63,842 bases of DNA, filler included, from Octopus bimaculoides (GCF_001194135.2; 8 parts of 6 records of this genome joined end to end with filler, not necessarily neighbours in it), one strand, 5' to 3'; counted from the whole stretch's first letter, positions 38,629-53,000 are shown. Numbers and translations: made by a program. Notes: a model not told the origin generated them from the sequence alone.

Positions 38629-40293
38629 TATAGTAATATAGGTGTAAAAAGGTTGAATGTCAATTTGTCCTTTAATTTTGGAGGTTTCCAAAAGAGGTTT
38701 CTAATGTTGATTCTTCATACTTTTCTGGTAGTTTACAGGCATAAATTTGTGAAAATATGAAAGTAATACTTGTATACAATGTATGATGAATTTATGGAAA
38801 GAAGTCCCATAAAAAGTTATGGTTATATATCCAACATGACTCACATCTCTTTCTCACAAGGATAAAAATATGAATCTCCTAGATTCAATTTTTCTGCCAT
38901 TTTCCTCATCAAGTTCATTGTATTTTTGTTTATACTTCCTGCATTGAAGAGTACATTGATATCATCATCATCATCATCATCGTTTAACGTCCGCTTTCCA
39001 TGCTAGCATGGGTTGGACGATTTGACTGAGGACTGGTGAAACCGGATGGCAACACCAGGCTCCAGTCTGATTTGGCAGAGTTTCTACAGCTGGATGCCCT
39101 TCCTAACGCCAACCACTCAGAGAGTGTNNNNNNNNNNNNNNNNNNNNNNNNNNNNNNNNNNNNNNNNNNNNTTAATTAATTAANNNNNNNNNNNNNNNNN
39201 NNNNNNNNNNNNNNNNNNNNNNNNNNNTATATATATATATCATCATCATCATCATCATCATCGTTTAACGTCCGCTTTCCATGCTAGCATGGGTTGGACG
39301 ACTTGACTGAGGACTGGTGAAACCGGATGGCAATACAAGAGAGAGAGAGAGAGATGGATATATCATAGCCTCAGGCCTACCAAAGCCTTGTGAATGGATT
39401 TCATACACGGAAACTAAAAGAAGACTGTTGTATATATGTGTATATTTGTGTGTCTGTGTTTGTTCCCCCCCCCCCCAACATCGCTTGACAACCAATGTTG
39501 CTGTGTTTACATTCCCATAACTTAGCAGTTCAGCAAAAGACACTGATAGACTAGGTACTAGACTTACAAAGAAGAAATTCTGTGGTCGATTTGTTCAACC
39601 AACAGCTGTGTTCCAGCATGGCCACAGTCACATGGCTGAAACAAGTAAAACAATAAAATATGCCATTTTAATCCCAAGCAAGGCTGAGTATCTCTGCTAG
39701 TAATATATATATAAAAATCATTCTTACATTCATAATGCCAGTTGAATGACTTATGAATCAGTTGAGCATTTTATCATAGCTTTGGTTTCTAACCACACAC
39801 ATTCTATTGTCTTGTAATTGATACTTAAAATGTAAAGATATTTGATCTTCTGATACAATTTCAAAAGTTGACTCTGACAATATACATATATGATGCACAT
39901 TGTACAATCTTCTCTTATTGACTAAATTTTTGTGTGACAGTGTAAATCTTCTCTTGTTAATTTTCTTGTGACTTCTTACTAAATTAACTTTTTATTTCTT
40001 TGTTTATCTAATTTTTGAAAATTTTTTTCTTTGTCCAAGAATGAAGAGTAACGCTCAAATTCCTTAAAAGACATTGTAAACAGACAAATAGGGATGAGTA
40101 GCTTCATGAAGTTGAGAGAGTTCAAAATTAATTTGAACTTTTAACGATTTGATGGTGGGAGTGCAGGAGGATACGGTTGTGAAGGAAAAGTATGAAGTGA
40201 TGATGGGATGATGGGGATAGTCGTAACTACTTTTTTCTAATATTTGGTTTCATAATGAAATCTCATTAAAATTCTTTGTATTTTGTTTTATAG

Positions 40294-40420
40294 GTACTCG
40301 TTATTCTGAAATCAATAAAAAAATTGAAAAGTTTATCAACAAGAAAAAAATTTTCCCAGATTATTTTGATATCAAAAATATTATTAATCAAGTGAACACA
40401 GTACACAAGTTATATTTAGG
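40294..40420 (+). CDS. Daxx: Daxx internal exon (histone-binding domain): (G)TRYSEINKKIEKFINKKKIFPDYFDIKNIINQVNTVHKLYL
   Basis: Acceptor ttttgttttatag at 40293 and donor GG|gtaagt at 40421; phase 1 in, phase 2 out. The translation matches the recalled Daxx HBD motif GTRYPEVNRRIERLINK...FPDYGDV. Confidence 0.93.
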
Positions 40421-40537
40421 GTAAGTTATTATTTGTTAAAGAATCATCAGGGAAATGGAATCTGTTTTCATTGATACTTCATTTTTATGCTCTATATTTT
40501 GTTGTAATCTTCTGACATGAATTGCCATTTACTGTAG

Positions 40538-40657
40538 AAAAACAAATATTGATGACTTAGCCAGAGAAACATTTACTGATGTTGGGAATCAACTCCAAGA
40601 AAGGCGTCATCGTGATTTTATCCTAACATTTGGAAATAGTCAAACTGAAGCATACAG
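40538..40657 (+). CDS. Daxx: Daxx internal exon: (G)KTNIDDLARETFTDVGNQLQERRHRDFILTFGNSQTEAY(R)
   Basis: Follows a 117-bp GT-AG intron; phase 2 to 2; donor AG|gtattt. Matches the Daxx motif AQDAFRDVGIRLQERRHLDLIYNFG. Confidence 0.95.
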
Positions 40658-42839
40658 GTATTTAGATGGTTTTCTTACCTTTGAATTGGTGTACTGAGAT
40701 TGACAATATGTAATTTGAATTATTCCTGTTCATATCTCAGTGTAATCTCATTGAGTGTAATCTTAACTCTAGCATTCACATTGTTCTGTCAAATGTAATG
40801 TTTATTTATTCACATTGTTTTGAATTAATCATACATTATCTCATAACATTGATATTTTGTTGGAGGTTGCATCTGGCTGGTCTAAACATAAAACAAGTGG
40901 AATATTTGAACCAGATATGGTCAGTTTACATGCTAAAGGATATGTGGGGATATGTTGAAGTTATGGCAGTCAGATCATATCCTACAATTTGTATTTCATT
41001 TAGTATAAGTTTAGTGAAAACAAAAGCCAAAAATATATCCCTAATTGATAAAAGAACTCTGTTGTTCATATCAGTTATGATGTCATTCATATTATTTAAA
41101 GTTGGTAACTCTTCAGAAGTGTTACATGAAGATTTGGTATTTGATATCTCTTGATTATGTAAGAGCATACACATGCTGTAAAATTGATAGACCATCAGTT
41201 AGAAGATTACTTAGATAACAGAATATTTTCTATTGCATTGTTTCTGTACTCATTAGGCTCAGCATTGTTTCACACCTCATGTTGATGCTTGAGCCTTACA
41301 TATGTTTGTGGAATATTCAGCCACTTAATGCTAATTCAATAAGTAGGTTGTTCAGTTGGTTAAACTACTGGCTTTTCATACATGCTGCTCAACTGTATAG
41401 TTCATCACACAATAATTGAAACTAAGGGGTTCAAATTTTGGCACAAGGCCAGCAAGTTTGGGGGAGGGGTAAATTGATTACATTGACCACAATACTCGAC
41501 TAGCAATTATTTTGTTGATGACCCCAAAAGGATGTAAGGCAAAGTTGACCTTGGTAGGATTTGAACTCAGAATGTGAAGGCATGAAATGCTGCTAAGCAT
41601 CTTGTCTGATGCAATAACGATTCTGCCAGCTCACCACCTTATTAATAATAAGAACAATGATAATGTTAATAATTTTAACATCCACTTTTCCATGCTTACC
41701 ATAGTTCGGACAGAATTCATTGACAGATTTTTCTGTGGCCAGATGCCTTCCCTGTTCCCAACTGTATCAGATGTTGTTTATACACTGCTGGTCACAATAT
41801 GATTTCTCGCATTGTTGTAGCTTTCAAATGATGCCACCCTGCTGACTTGGCGAGCAGGCTAACATCCTTACTGAACAGCTGATTAAACTGGAGCAACATG
41901 AAAAGAAGTGTTGGGCTCAAGAACACCATACACTTGCTGGTCTGGCAATTGAAAAACCATGATCTTCTGATCAGGAGTGCAACATTCTAACCACTACCTC
42001 ATATGCCTTCTCTCCCCCACCTCCGTATAAATATGTGTATGGTTGTATAGTATATACATAGTGTGTGTAAGTTGATCTTAGCATATTTCATGTATAGAGC
42101 ATAAAAAACTCTCCTTAGAAATAAATATGCACTGAGAGAAAATATATTAGTGAATGACTAAATATTACATGCAAATTTTTAGCAAGTATGGGAGACAAAT
42201 CTGGTCGTGTTTTAGTTTTATTTTGATTTTATCAGTAATGCATAATCCAGACACCATTCAATATGAAAACTAATAGGTAAGCTAGTGTTAACATCTTCAA
42301 TACATAGATTCTTAAAAAGCTAACTGTAAATAAATATGCATTGAAATCAAAATATTATTATTAGTCAGCAGCTAATATTTTCATGTTTTTGAATGAGGAT
42401 GCGAAGAAATTTTGGATATAGTCTGACATCATCATTATGTGATGTCCACTTTTCCATGCTTGCATGGGTTGGATGGAATTTGTTGAAGTGGTCTTTCTAC
42501 AGCCCTTTCTGTTACCAACCCTCACCTGTTTCCAAGGTAGGTAATGTTTCTACATAACCAGACATGTTTTCATGGAAGATTGGATATGAAGGACACAGCT
42601 TGCATGTTGATGACATTCGTTTATAATTATCACATAAAGTCAAACCTAGGAGACAGTAATATACACACATACACTCAGATAGAGGACAGGCTTCTTTCAG
42701 TTTCCATCAACCAACTCAGCTCACTAGGCTTGATCTCTTAATTAGTTGACTTCTTAATTGTGTTTTGAAATAAAAATTTTTATTGAAGATCTATCTTTTG
42801 CTTAAAGTATTAACCTTTATTTCATTTCTTTTTCATCAG

Positions 42840-42927
42840 AATAACTTCTGATCCTGCTACTTATGACAAAAACTTGAAGAAGAAGTTAGATGAAAACCGT
42901 AAACTTGCAAAATCAAAGCTGGATGAT
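42840..42927 (+). CDS. Daxx: Daxx internal exon: (R)ITSDPATYDKNLKKKLDENRKLAKSKLDD
   Basis: Polypyrimidine acceptor tttctttttcatcag, phase 2 to 0, donor gtaaat. Matches Daxx DPALSDPVLARRLRENRSLAMSRLDE. Confidence 0.92.
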
Positions 42928-42982
42928 GTAAATCACCTTTTATCTACACATTTTTTTTGTTATAAATTGTAACCAACATTAA

Positions 42983-43200
42983 CCCTTTAGCATTCAAATT
43001 ACTCTCTCATATGTAATGCTTATTTATTCACACTGTTTTGAATTAATCATGCATTATCTTGTAGCTTCAAGATTTCGATGATGTGATTGTTTATTTTTAG
43101 AATGACATTGTAGGATCAGTGTGAGAAACTGGATCTGGCCAGTTTGAACATAAAACAGAGAATATTTGGGCCGGATATGGCCGGTTTAAATGCTAAAGGG
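42983..43200. mobile_element. Intact piggyBac-type MITE (218 bp) in a Daxx intron; degraded copies at 40767-40940 and 54474-54635
   Basis: TTAA TSDs at 42979-42982 and 43201-43204; perfect 12-bp TIR CCCTTTAGCATT / AATGCTAAAGGG. Confidence 0.9.
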
Positions 43201-45214
43201 TTAAGTACTAACAATTTTCTTCGGGTAATTCCTTTCTTTTCTAATCTGTGGCTCTTCTCAGTGTAAGATGATTGTTGATCTACAGTTAACCTGAATGCTC
43301 ATTCTGACACCTAATTCCAGAACTTTTTGCATGAGTGTATTAGCCATTATTTAAAATAAATAAATCCACTCTATTGAAGTATATTTATGTTTAGAATATA
43401 GTCTTATTTGGGAATGTACCTTAGTTTCTAAGTAACACGTTATAAATATCAAGCTTACTCTAGTCTTAGACATTTTATGACAGATCCCTTTGCAACCAAT
43501 ATAAGCCATTAAGTTTTCTACCTCATTTGTAATCCAAGCAGATTTTGATACATCGGCAATCATGGAAAAACAGACATAAAAAGGGGATGATGGTCATGAT
43601 GACAATGACATAGTATGGTCTCAACCCATAAACTATGGGATAGCTTTTTAGCAACCTATCTATTTACAGTCATACTGAGTTAAATTGTTTCATTTAAATT
43701 TGATATATGTTGTCTTTCTTGTTCTGTCCATTCTAAACCAAGTGAGTTCGTAATAATGACCGATGCCAGTGTTGCATAACTGGCCCTTTAAAAGCATCCT
43801 TTAATCGTTGGGTGATATGCTGTGCTTGTGAAAACCTGTTGAAATGAGTGAAATCATAGTCGTGGCTGATGCCAGTGCCGTCTGATTGACACCCATGCCG
43901 GTGGCATGCAAAAAGCACCATTCGAGTGTTGGGCCTCATGGAGGCAGTGACAGGTGACCAAAACCCTTGACGATATACTGTGCTTGTGTTGATCTGTCAA
44001 GCCAAGTGAGACTGCAGTCATGACTGATGCTGGTGTCAGATCAGTGGCACACAAAAAACACTCACTACACTCTTGGAGTGGCTGGCATTAGGAAGGGCAT
44101 CCAGCCATAGAAACCTTGCCAAATCAAATTGGAACCTGGTGCAGACCCTGGCTTACCAGTTTTCAGTCACACCGTCCCACCCATGCCAGCATGGAAAGCA
44201 GACATTAAATGATGATGATAATCACAAGCAATGAAATACTAATCATTATAATCCTCATTTTCCATACACGTATTGGACAGGTTTTTTCCCAACATAGCAT
44301 CTCAACACTTGTTGCTGTCTCTTGTCTTCTTGATGAGGTTTGTCCTCTGGAGATCATCTTTCACTTCTTCGTCTTTCTTGGTCTTCCTCTACTGCAGGTT
44401 CCTTATTTGGATCACTTGGCGCTTGCATGTAGCCATCTATGTTGATATATATAAGATAAGCTTAATACAGTTTCCATCTACCAAATTCGCTTACAAGACA
44501 TTGGTTAGCCTGGAGCGATAGTAGAAGCCTCATGCCTAAGGTACTGTGTAGTGGGCTTGAACCTGAAGCCACATGGTTGTGAAGCAGACTTCTTAACCAC
44601 ACTGCCCTGCCTCTGATGTTTAGTATATTAATGACCATCTCCCAAATGGCAACAGAGTTTTGCCTTCTTTCCTTTCTCAGTTCTAAATTTTCCTTCCATG
44701 TTTCAAATTTTTTCTGTAATTGTATACTAGGTCTTTGCATACAAGAGTGCCTGTGAACTACCAAGTGTAGACACCTGTTATGGTCTGGGGAACTATAATA
44801 AACAAAGCTGGCTGAGAACTGAGCCAAGATGAGTACTTGTATGCATGCTAATATATTTGCTGAACTTGTTGCTAGCTCTCAGTTTTTTGACAATATCACA
44901 GTACATAATTTGCATGGTTCTAACAAACCATTCATCTACACCCTAGTTTTTATTTTTGGCTACTGAGTGTGGTATTCTATCAGATGTTTTCTCCAGGTAG
45001 ACAAATATCAGGTATAGTGGCTTGTTCTTAAGCTTAGAATGTCCTGTAGTGTATCTTTGATGTAAAAAAATAAAAGTCATTTTAACAGCCACTTTTCTAT
45101 CTTTCTATGTACTTAGCTTTTATGTACAACTTGAAATATCTAACTTATTGTTAACTTTTTTTTCAGTGTATATGCAGGGAATTAGCTGTTAATGTATATA
45201 TCTTTTTGTTTTAG

Positions 45215-45341
45215 ATTATATCAAAATATGCTCAGAAACAATATGATACCAATGCTCAGCCTGAAGAAGTTGATGAAAATGCTTTAGAAAGTTCATCTGA
45301 AGAAGAGGATGAGGAGGATGAAATTCCAGAATTGGATGAAG
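45215..45341 (+). CDS. Daxx: Daxx internal exon: IISKYAQKQYDTNAQPEEVDENALESSSEEEDEEDEIPELDE (end of HBD plus acidic tract)
   Basis: Acceptor tctttttgttttag, phase 0 to 1, donor G|gtgcat. Continues the Daxx VISKYA motif into the Glu/Asp-rich region. Confidence 0.9.
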
Positions 45342-48300
45342 GTGCATATCAGCAATTTAAGTTAAAATAGTACCATATATCATCATCGTCATCATTATCA
45401 TTTAACATCCATTTTCCATGCTGGCATTGGTTGGACTGTTTGACAGGAGCTGATCAGCTGATGGACTACCCAGGCTTCAATTGTTTGTTTTGGCATGATT
45501 TCTACAGCTAGATGCCTGTACCAATGCTAACCATGTAACAGAGTGTATTGGGTGCTTTTATGTAATATCGGTATGGGTGCTTTTTACGTGACACCAGCAC
45601 CTACAAACCTGTGAGATTAAGGATGATCAGCTGAGGCAGCTTGAAAAGACATCCACACTTTTACTTAGCTTGATGTGTCTTTTCAAACACAACAAACCAC
45701 CAGGAGTCTTGGGTCCCCTGTCATCCTGTCTGTGAGTCCCAACGTCTGTAGATTCTTTCTCACCACTTAATCCCATGTCTTCCTAAGTTTACCCCTTCCA
45801 CATATTCCCTCCACAATTATAGATTGGCACTACGTCTTTTTTTAATTGTCATATACATTTATCCGTACTAAATTTTCAGATATATTTTTGAACTGACATA
45901 GTAAATATTTTTACAGAAGATCTAATTACCATAAAAATCCATGTAATTTACGCACTTTTTTTCACAAAAATAAAAATAAATTTAGTGGGTGCTTAAATTA
46001 AATGAGTAGATCGTTTTCAGAATTTTTTTAGAAATTTTTTTTTGTTGAAGAAAGACATACAAAACAAACATTCATACTGGAAGTTGACTCATTTAATGGG
46101 CTTAAATATAATGAAGCTGACTTTTATTTATGCTGGATGGTATAATCCTTACTTTTTCTGTATAAATTTACTAAAACCATCTATTAACTACTTTTGAAGT
46201 CTGACGTACATGCTGGTAATCATGGTCCAGGCCATATTTTACATATTTTACTTGGTTGAGTAATGTGTCATCCAAGCTGATGTTTATTGGTAATTAAACT
46301 TAATTTGCAACACCTGTGCATATTTATCAGCTTTGTTTTTATTGATAGTTCTTATCAACAACTTTTCTTGTGATCATGGTCTGAGAAGACATATAGCTGT
46401 ATGCTAAAGATCAGACATAATCTCTTGTGAGCAAGAAATGTAAAGTTTATTATAAACAAGATTATCCTCTATCTTTCCAACAACAACCTTGGGCATCTTT
46501 TAGAATTCCCTGTGACAAACACTCGCTGACATGCTTGTAAAATCAAAAAAACAACATAGCACCCATGACTTTTGGAAACACATTTTCACACTCAGATTTG
46601 CTGAAGCATGGAATAAACTACCTGCATCAGTTATTAGATACTACATCCTTAAAAATTTCCATGCTTCCTAAAATCTGCCAACAGTATACCTGATGGCTTT
46701 ATGTTTTTTGTTTATTTTTTAGTTGTAGTGCACCTGAGCACTGTATACAATAATTTCCTTCATTATATCATATATACATGCTTACAATTTGTAAAATAAT
46801 ACTTCAGTTATTTCCTGTTATGTGGAGACACACAAACACAGAGTCTCATACAGGAGGTACGTGTGTGTGCATGCACATACAAGCACACACAATCACATAC
46901 AGTTACACATACACGCAAACACACAGTCTCATACAGTTACACGCACACAATCAGCGTCATATTTTTCATTTATTTATTTTTACTATTAGAACGCTAATGT
47001 CAAGGGAGGAGGAAGGTATACCAAGTGGCTAAAGCAGATTGCCATTGTCAGTCTCATAAGGGAGGAGAAGGAGGGTATACTGAGCAGGTAAAACAGACAG
47101 ACATGTGTCAGTCCCCGCAAAACTGATTTTATTTATATAGACAACACAAATACTTCGTAATTTAATAGATTTTAATGTAATACCTGTTAAACAGAAATTA
47201 TTTTTATTTAATGGAAAATTTAATAAAATCTAAGTGAAATTATGCTAAATACAACTAAATTGAAAACCTTTTCCTCCTGGCTATATTGGCAATTCTGAAA
47301 ACTTTTGGGTACGAATTTTACAAGTAGAAGCTTTTTGTTATTGATTTTTATCCTGAAAATCACCTGTGTAAATTATATAGGTGCACAATTTACATGGGTT
47401 TTTTATGGTAGCCTCCTAATAGCTCTTCCCTCTCCCTGTATCCACTCACTGCATTCCCTCTACCCTCTATCTCCCACACCCCCTTTGCAATCATTCACCT
47501 ACTCCAATCCCTGGTCCACTTCACTGTATACACCTCCCTGTAACTTTGGGGATATGGTTGCCATTAAGGAAGAGTATGCAGCCATAGAAACCATGCCAAA
47601 GCACACAGTAGAGCTTGGTGCAGTCTTCTGACTTGGAAAACAAACATTAAATGATGACGACGATGAAGATGTTATAGTTATTTAAATGTGTAGTGTTTGA
47701 TGGTAGAGCAGAAATAACTGACAAAAATATTGAAATGAAATTATGGAGCTATTTTGTCTATTTACTTTTCTAACACTACAGAAAATGTATAGGATATGTG
47801 TGGGTCTATGAAATTACTAGTATAACCCTTGCTAATGTGGAAAATTAACTTGAAACTTATTTCAAAAAATTTTCCTTGTTATTTAATTATTATTTGAAAT
47901 TACCTGACATGTCATTGTTTAGTTAGTAGTTTAGCCATCATTCTCTGACATATTAACCTTGAGTTTCAGAGCAAAATGTGCAATTTTTGTATGAAAACTG
48001 AATAGACTCTTTGGTTGTTGGATAGACTGTTTTTCCTTGCTGATTTTCCATCATCATTATTTTACTATATCTGTATGGATGTATAACACTGGTACTAACA
48101 TTCATTTTCATTCTCATGTTATTTGCGAAGCCTGACATTCTCTGGTTTAACTTTTCCAGTTGTCTGCAAGTGTTTCATAACCTGCCTGCGGCAAAAATAC
48201 CTTCCACATTCAGTTTAATGGTGCACGTCAATTGTTTACATTAAACACTTATCAGTGCATCTGCATCTATTGCACATACTGATTGATGTATTTTATGCCC

Positions 48301-49027
48301 AGTCATTGTCTCTGCTCACTTCTACAATTTTAATTAATCTTGAGCTCACAATATCCTTGTCTCCCAGCCACATGTTATCATTCTACCTGTTTCATATAGT
48401 TCATCTTTTAAATGGTATAAGAAACCCTTGTTACAATTCTCTGAAATTCTTATACTGCCATTCATTGAAATTATATCTGCATTATATCCATCTTCAGTAC
48501 TGTCTTCTAAGGTAGCAAAAATTATCTAAGACTTCTACTGAACCATGTATAGATGCCTCAACTGTTTATTACTCAAGTGCATCTCATGCATCTGCGGTTT
48601 GTTTCCGTGTGAGTACTTATAAGGATTTCTAAAGGATGTCCAGACTTGCTCATGTATTTTTGCCTCAAAGATTCTAATAATGAGAGACTGAAGAATAGCC
48701 TTAGTGAACATCAACCTGTATACAAAATTCCTTTCTAAATTTACTGACAATCCTCCTTTTGCTTATATGTACCCTAGTATAGGGTCCAGATTACTCTCCA
48801 ACACCATTCATCTATACCTAGCTTTCTCAACAGCCTTTAGAGCACATTTTGTGAGATCCAGTTAATGCAGAGCTTTGTGAATGGTGTTCTGTCTGATGTA
48901 GGTATTGATTGTAACTGAAGATCCATATGTGGTTAGCTTAATAAGCCAGTTGCTTATATAAGAATTTTCAAATGATATTGTATAGGTCACTTGTAATAAT
49001 AATGCTTTTTTGGTTTGTTTTCTGCAG

Positions 49028-49878
49028 TAATGGCATTGGATGATGACGATGAAGATGATGACATTACTGAAGTCAAAACAGCTAAACCTTCAGGGAGCGT
49101 CTCATTACAAATAACCCCCACAAAAGACTTGAAAGTACAATTAGAGAAGTTGGTAATACCTACCAACTTTCAAAATGATATAAATAATATTTCTGACAGT
49201 TCTGCATCCAGCAGTTATCCTAAGACAAGGAGCAGACAAAATCGTGGTTGCAAAATGTCAGCCCAATCACCTAAAGGTAAAAGCTCTTCACAGGCACTAC
49301 CTTTGTTACCTTTACACAGAGTGGTTAAAAGCAATTCAGACAAATCCAGCAATGAAAAGAGCAAAGATGTGAGTGAAAAGATAGTTATCGATCTCGATTC
49401 TTCTGAATCTGAAGAAAATGGTGTAAGCTGCAGCATTCCAATCAACAAAGTAGACACTCATACATCAACATGTAAAGAGCAATCTCTTATACCACTAAGG
49501 CCTCGATGTGCAGTTGGTGCTAGAAATTCCAACACTTCATTATCATCGTCGACAACCACATCATCATCATCATCATTATCATCAGGAAGAATGTATGTTT
49601 CTTCTCAAAGCAATATGCAGCTTAGTATGGAAGTAAAAACTCAGGTTCAGCAACAAGATTTTGATGGTGTCTCATTTAAAATTGCTTCTGTTGCTTCTTT
49701 AGCATATAGCATGAACAATCGGACTAGTAATTCTGAATATTTTACTGCACAACAGACTAATTATCAAAGTCAGAATTATCAAGTGACTTCGGGTAGTAGT
49801 TATGGTGTTAGAAGCAGTCAAAAGTGGCCTGCTATTGCTCAGTCTAAAGAAGTTATTGTTTTATCTGATTCTGATTGA
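49028..49878 (+). CDS. Daxx: Daxx terminal coding exon: Ser/Thr-rich disordered region ending in the C-terminal SIM EVIVLSDSD-stop
   Basis: Acceptor tttgttttctgcag at 49027; phase 1 is in frame with ORF 49015-49878. The C-terminus matches the Daxx SIM (I/V)IVLSDSD. The five exons splice to 1313 nt with no internal stop (about 436 aa). Confidence 0.93.
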
Positions 49879-49952
49879 AATGTTTGTGTGTACGAAAATA
49901 TACATAAACAGCAAATCTACATATTAACATGTATAAATATGGGATTTATAAA

Positions 49953-50019
49953 AATAAAAGTTATTATAAATAAAATCTTAAAATAATCTAAAACCAGTCA
50001 CACCTGCTTGTTTAATAAA
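49953..50019 (+). promoter_or_regulatory. Candidate proximal polyadenylation signals of Daxx (AATAAA at 49953, 49969, 50014)
   Basis: Three AATAAA hexamers lie 75-140 bp after the stop codon. The background is AT-rich, so chance occurrence is possible. Confidence 0.45.
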
Positions 50020-53000
50020 ATTATTACTGGTATGTGTATAATATCCATTTAAAAAGTAATTCACTGTTTTATTTCATTCTCACATTGTTAACTCTTTTCA
50101 AAGTTAAGCTACTTAAAACCAAACTATCAGTAATATATTCAGAGGACTTTTTCTTTTCTCTCCTCTGTATTTTATGTAGGGTAAACTTGTATGTATAAAA
50201 AACTATTCTAAAAAACCAGTATTTTTTGCAGGAAGCTAAATTCCTCCAAGGACTTTTCATCATGCATTCTATTAGTCAGTAAATACTGGAGGTTTATTTT
50301 TTTTTTGGTCAGTTGTATTTATTTATTTTTTTATTTTTTTTTCCCACTTATTTTAAGCCAGCTTTTTGGTTTTACAAATACCAATTTCTAAAATGCCACA
50401 AGAAACCTCCAGAAATGTTTTTAAAAGAGAAAGAATCTTATTAGACTTTTGCAATTAATGCATATAAAGTTTTTTTGGTGGGGCTGATGGATTAGAAATT
50501 CAGGTTTGATCCATCTAATAATCATTAATGCATCTTGCATCAAAAAATGTTTTTCATCAGTCAGTCTGAAACATAAGACCTGGTTTGAGACTACACAGTT
50601 TTGAAGTATTGTTCAAAGGGGGTTAACTCTTTTCTGCAGCAAGCTATACCCCTTTCAGAGTTTCTCTACATGCATTCTCATTAGTCAAATATTGGAGGGT
50701 TTTAAGCCAGTTGTATGGTTTTCGTTCATAATACTCCCCTTTTCTGTTGTCACTCTTATTGTCTAATGGTGATTTATAAACACTCTTTATCGGTTATGTT
50801 TTAAAATATTTATTGGCAAATGTTTGCATTTTTCAGTTATATTAAAAGTTTGAATGATTAAGATACTTCTAAAGGTATTTTAATAACTTTCACAAATTGC
50901 GTGGTTAACTTGAGGTAGAACTAAATAAATACATGTTTAGTTTAATACTATGGAAATAGATCAAACAGCTGAACATTGAATAAATGAATTAGCAAGTTTT
51001 ATTCTATCTCTTAATCATGTTGGGATTTACTTTCATTTGGTGCTGATTAATATTAGTAGACTAAAAATCTCTATAAGATCAGCAAAATAAGCACCAGTAA
51101 TATACGATTCATCTTTTCAGTCAACTATAACACTTCCTTGCTTCGTTTGGCATGTACTAAAACATATATAGAAGGTTTAAAATACAGCTCTTAAGAATTT
51201 TCCCATCATCAAGTTAACTGACAACTTTGATGATTTTTAGCCATAATTTTTTAACAAGTAAACAATGACAATCTTTTATAAGTTTTACTTATCATACAAA
51301 ACTGTTTCATGGTTATAAAAAAAAAACACCTACAAAATCATTGAGAAATAGTGTTTTTTACTTAAATTGTTGCTTTATAATTGTCTACAGCTCGATCTCA
51401 TGTCACCAAACATGTTTCTCTAGGAAACATTCAGCTTACAAAAGTTTCTATTTTCCATCAAAAATCTATTTGTATTTATCATAAAATATATTTATGCATT
51501 GCTCTTGTACAAAATAAATTATCATTCCTTCATTTTATGAGATTTTTTTTTCCTGTTTACATTTTTTATGATTCCTATTATTAAATTATTAAGATGTCGT
51601 TGAGACTTTTAAGTATTATTCTAATATGTTCTTTTAGGCTAATAAGTTTTAATCCATTGTTGATGTAAAATTAAACAAAAATGTATTACTTATGTGAAAG
51701 AGATTGTCTCTTGCCGAGATACTTACTATTTTTGGCAATCCTGAATTATGCAGGAAACTCTTTACATCTTTCTAATCATTGAAATTTAATAAAAGGAAAG
51801 ATCTGTATATTGGTTTTCTTTTAGGAACTATGTTAATAATTCATAAAATGTCAATAACATTTTTCTCTACTTTTTCAAGTCTTTACATATCAAAAAAAAA
51901 AAAAAAGTCTATTATCAATGATCTCCCTTTAAAAGGTTTATATATTTAATTCTGTTCAAAAACTTGAGTACACCTGTTTCATAATGAAAAGGCACTTCAA
52001 CACTGAACCTCCTGCAAGAGGCACAAGTGTGATGTTTATACATTTATAATCTCTTGGTGTTAGATGAGAGTAACCAGGAATCAAAACTATTTTTCAGATT
52101 TGGCTGGCTTGGATCATACCCCTATTTGTGTTTGCTAATGAATTCCTGATCTCTGACCCTCTTTCCTCTCAGTAAATATAAGTATTAGTTTGTTATGTAG
52201 GTACAAAGACATTTTGTTTTTCAGAGAATACAATATAGTTGGCTGAATTGATCTCAGTATACTAGTACTTTTATTTATTGACCATAACAAGATTTCCTCC
52301 CTGCTACTTTTGCCTTCTTGCCATCATTCCTTTAGACATTGTTTAAAAGTGTCATATCGGTAAAGAACTTTTATTGACTGTCCAGATTTGCTTTTTTAAT
52401 TTGTCCCAGTTCTAGTTACTTCAATGGATTTCAGTACGTGATTACTACAATATGTATATATATGTTCATTTGTTTTGAATTCAATATTTCTTTTTAATCA
52501 TGCACTTTACATTTTCCCTCGGTTAGCTAAAGCAAGTAACATTGATTGAATGAGATTATAGAACGTCGGGATGGTTGAGTCAGAAGTGATGCATGGTTAT
52601 AATTCAATCACTGAAACTCTTTTCAAAAGTTATAATCATCTTAAAATTTGTTTTGTTAGATATCTAGATAGTTCTAAAGGTGTTACTTTGGGCTGTGGAT
52701 TTGATCTTCCTCCAAAAGTAATTAAACACATTTTTAAGCATAGCTGTTGTTCAACAAGTTAAACTCATACAAAACCAATGAAACAATATCTTATACATTT
52801 ATTAATGTTAGTGACAAAAAAAAAAATAATTAAAAAAAATCCTAATTTATTTTTCAAGTTAGGAATTTCTTAATTCTGAGGTTTTCAAGAGAACAAAGCA
52901 ACTGTTCATGTCAACATTTGCACAGCTTCACTGTAACAAGGTGGAATATCAACTTTCACCCTCCATCTCGCATATATAAAATGTCTTCCTGCAGTTTCCA

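Noticed and set aside
43835-43890. GAAA...CUGAUG in SINE family D modules as a hammerhead
   Set aside because: The core reads CUGAUGC, and the spacing is too short for stems III and I.
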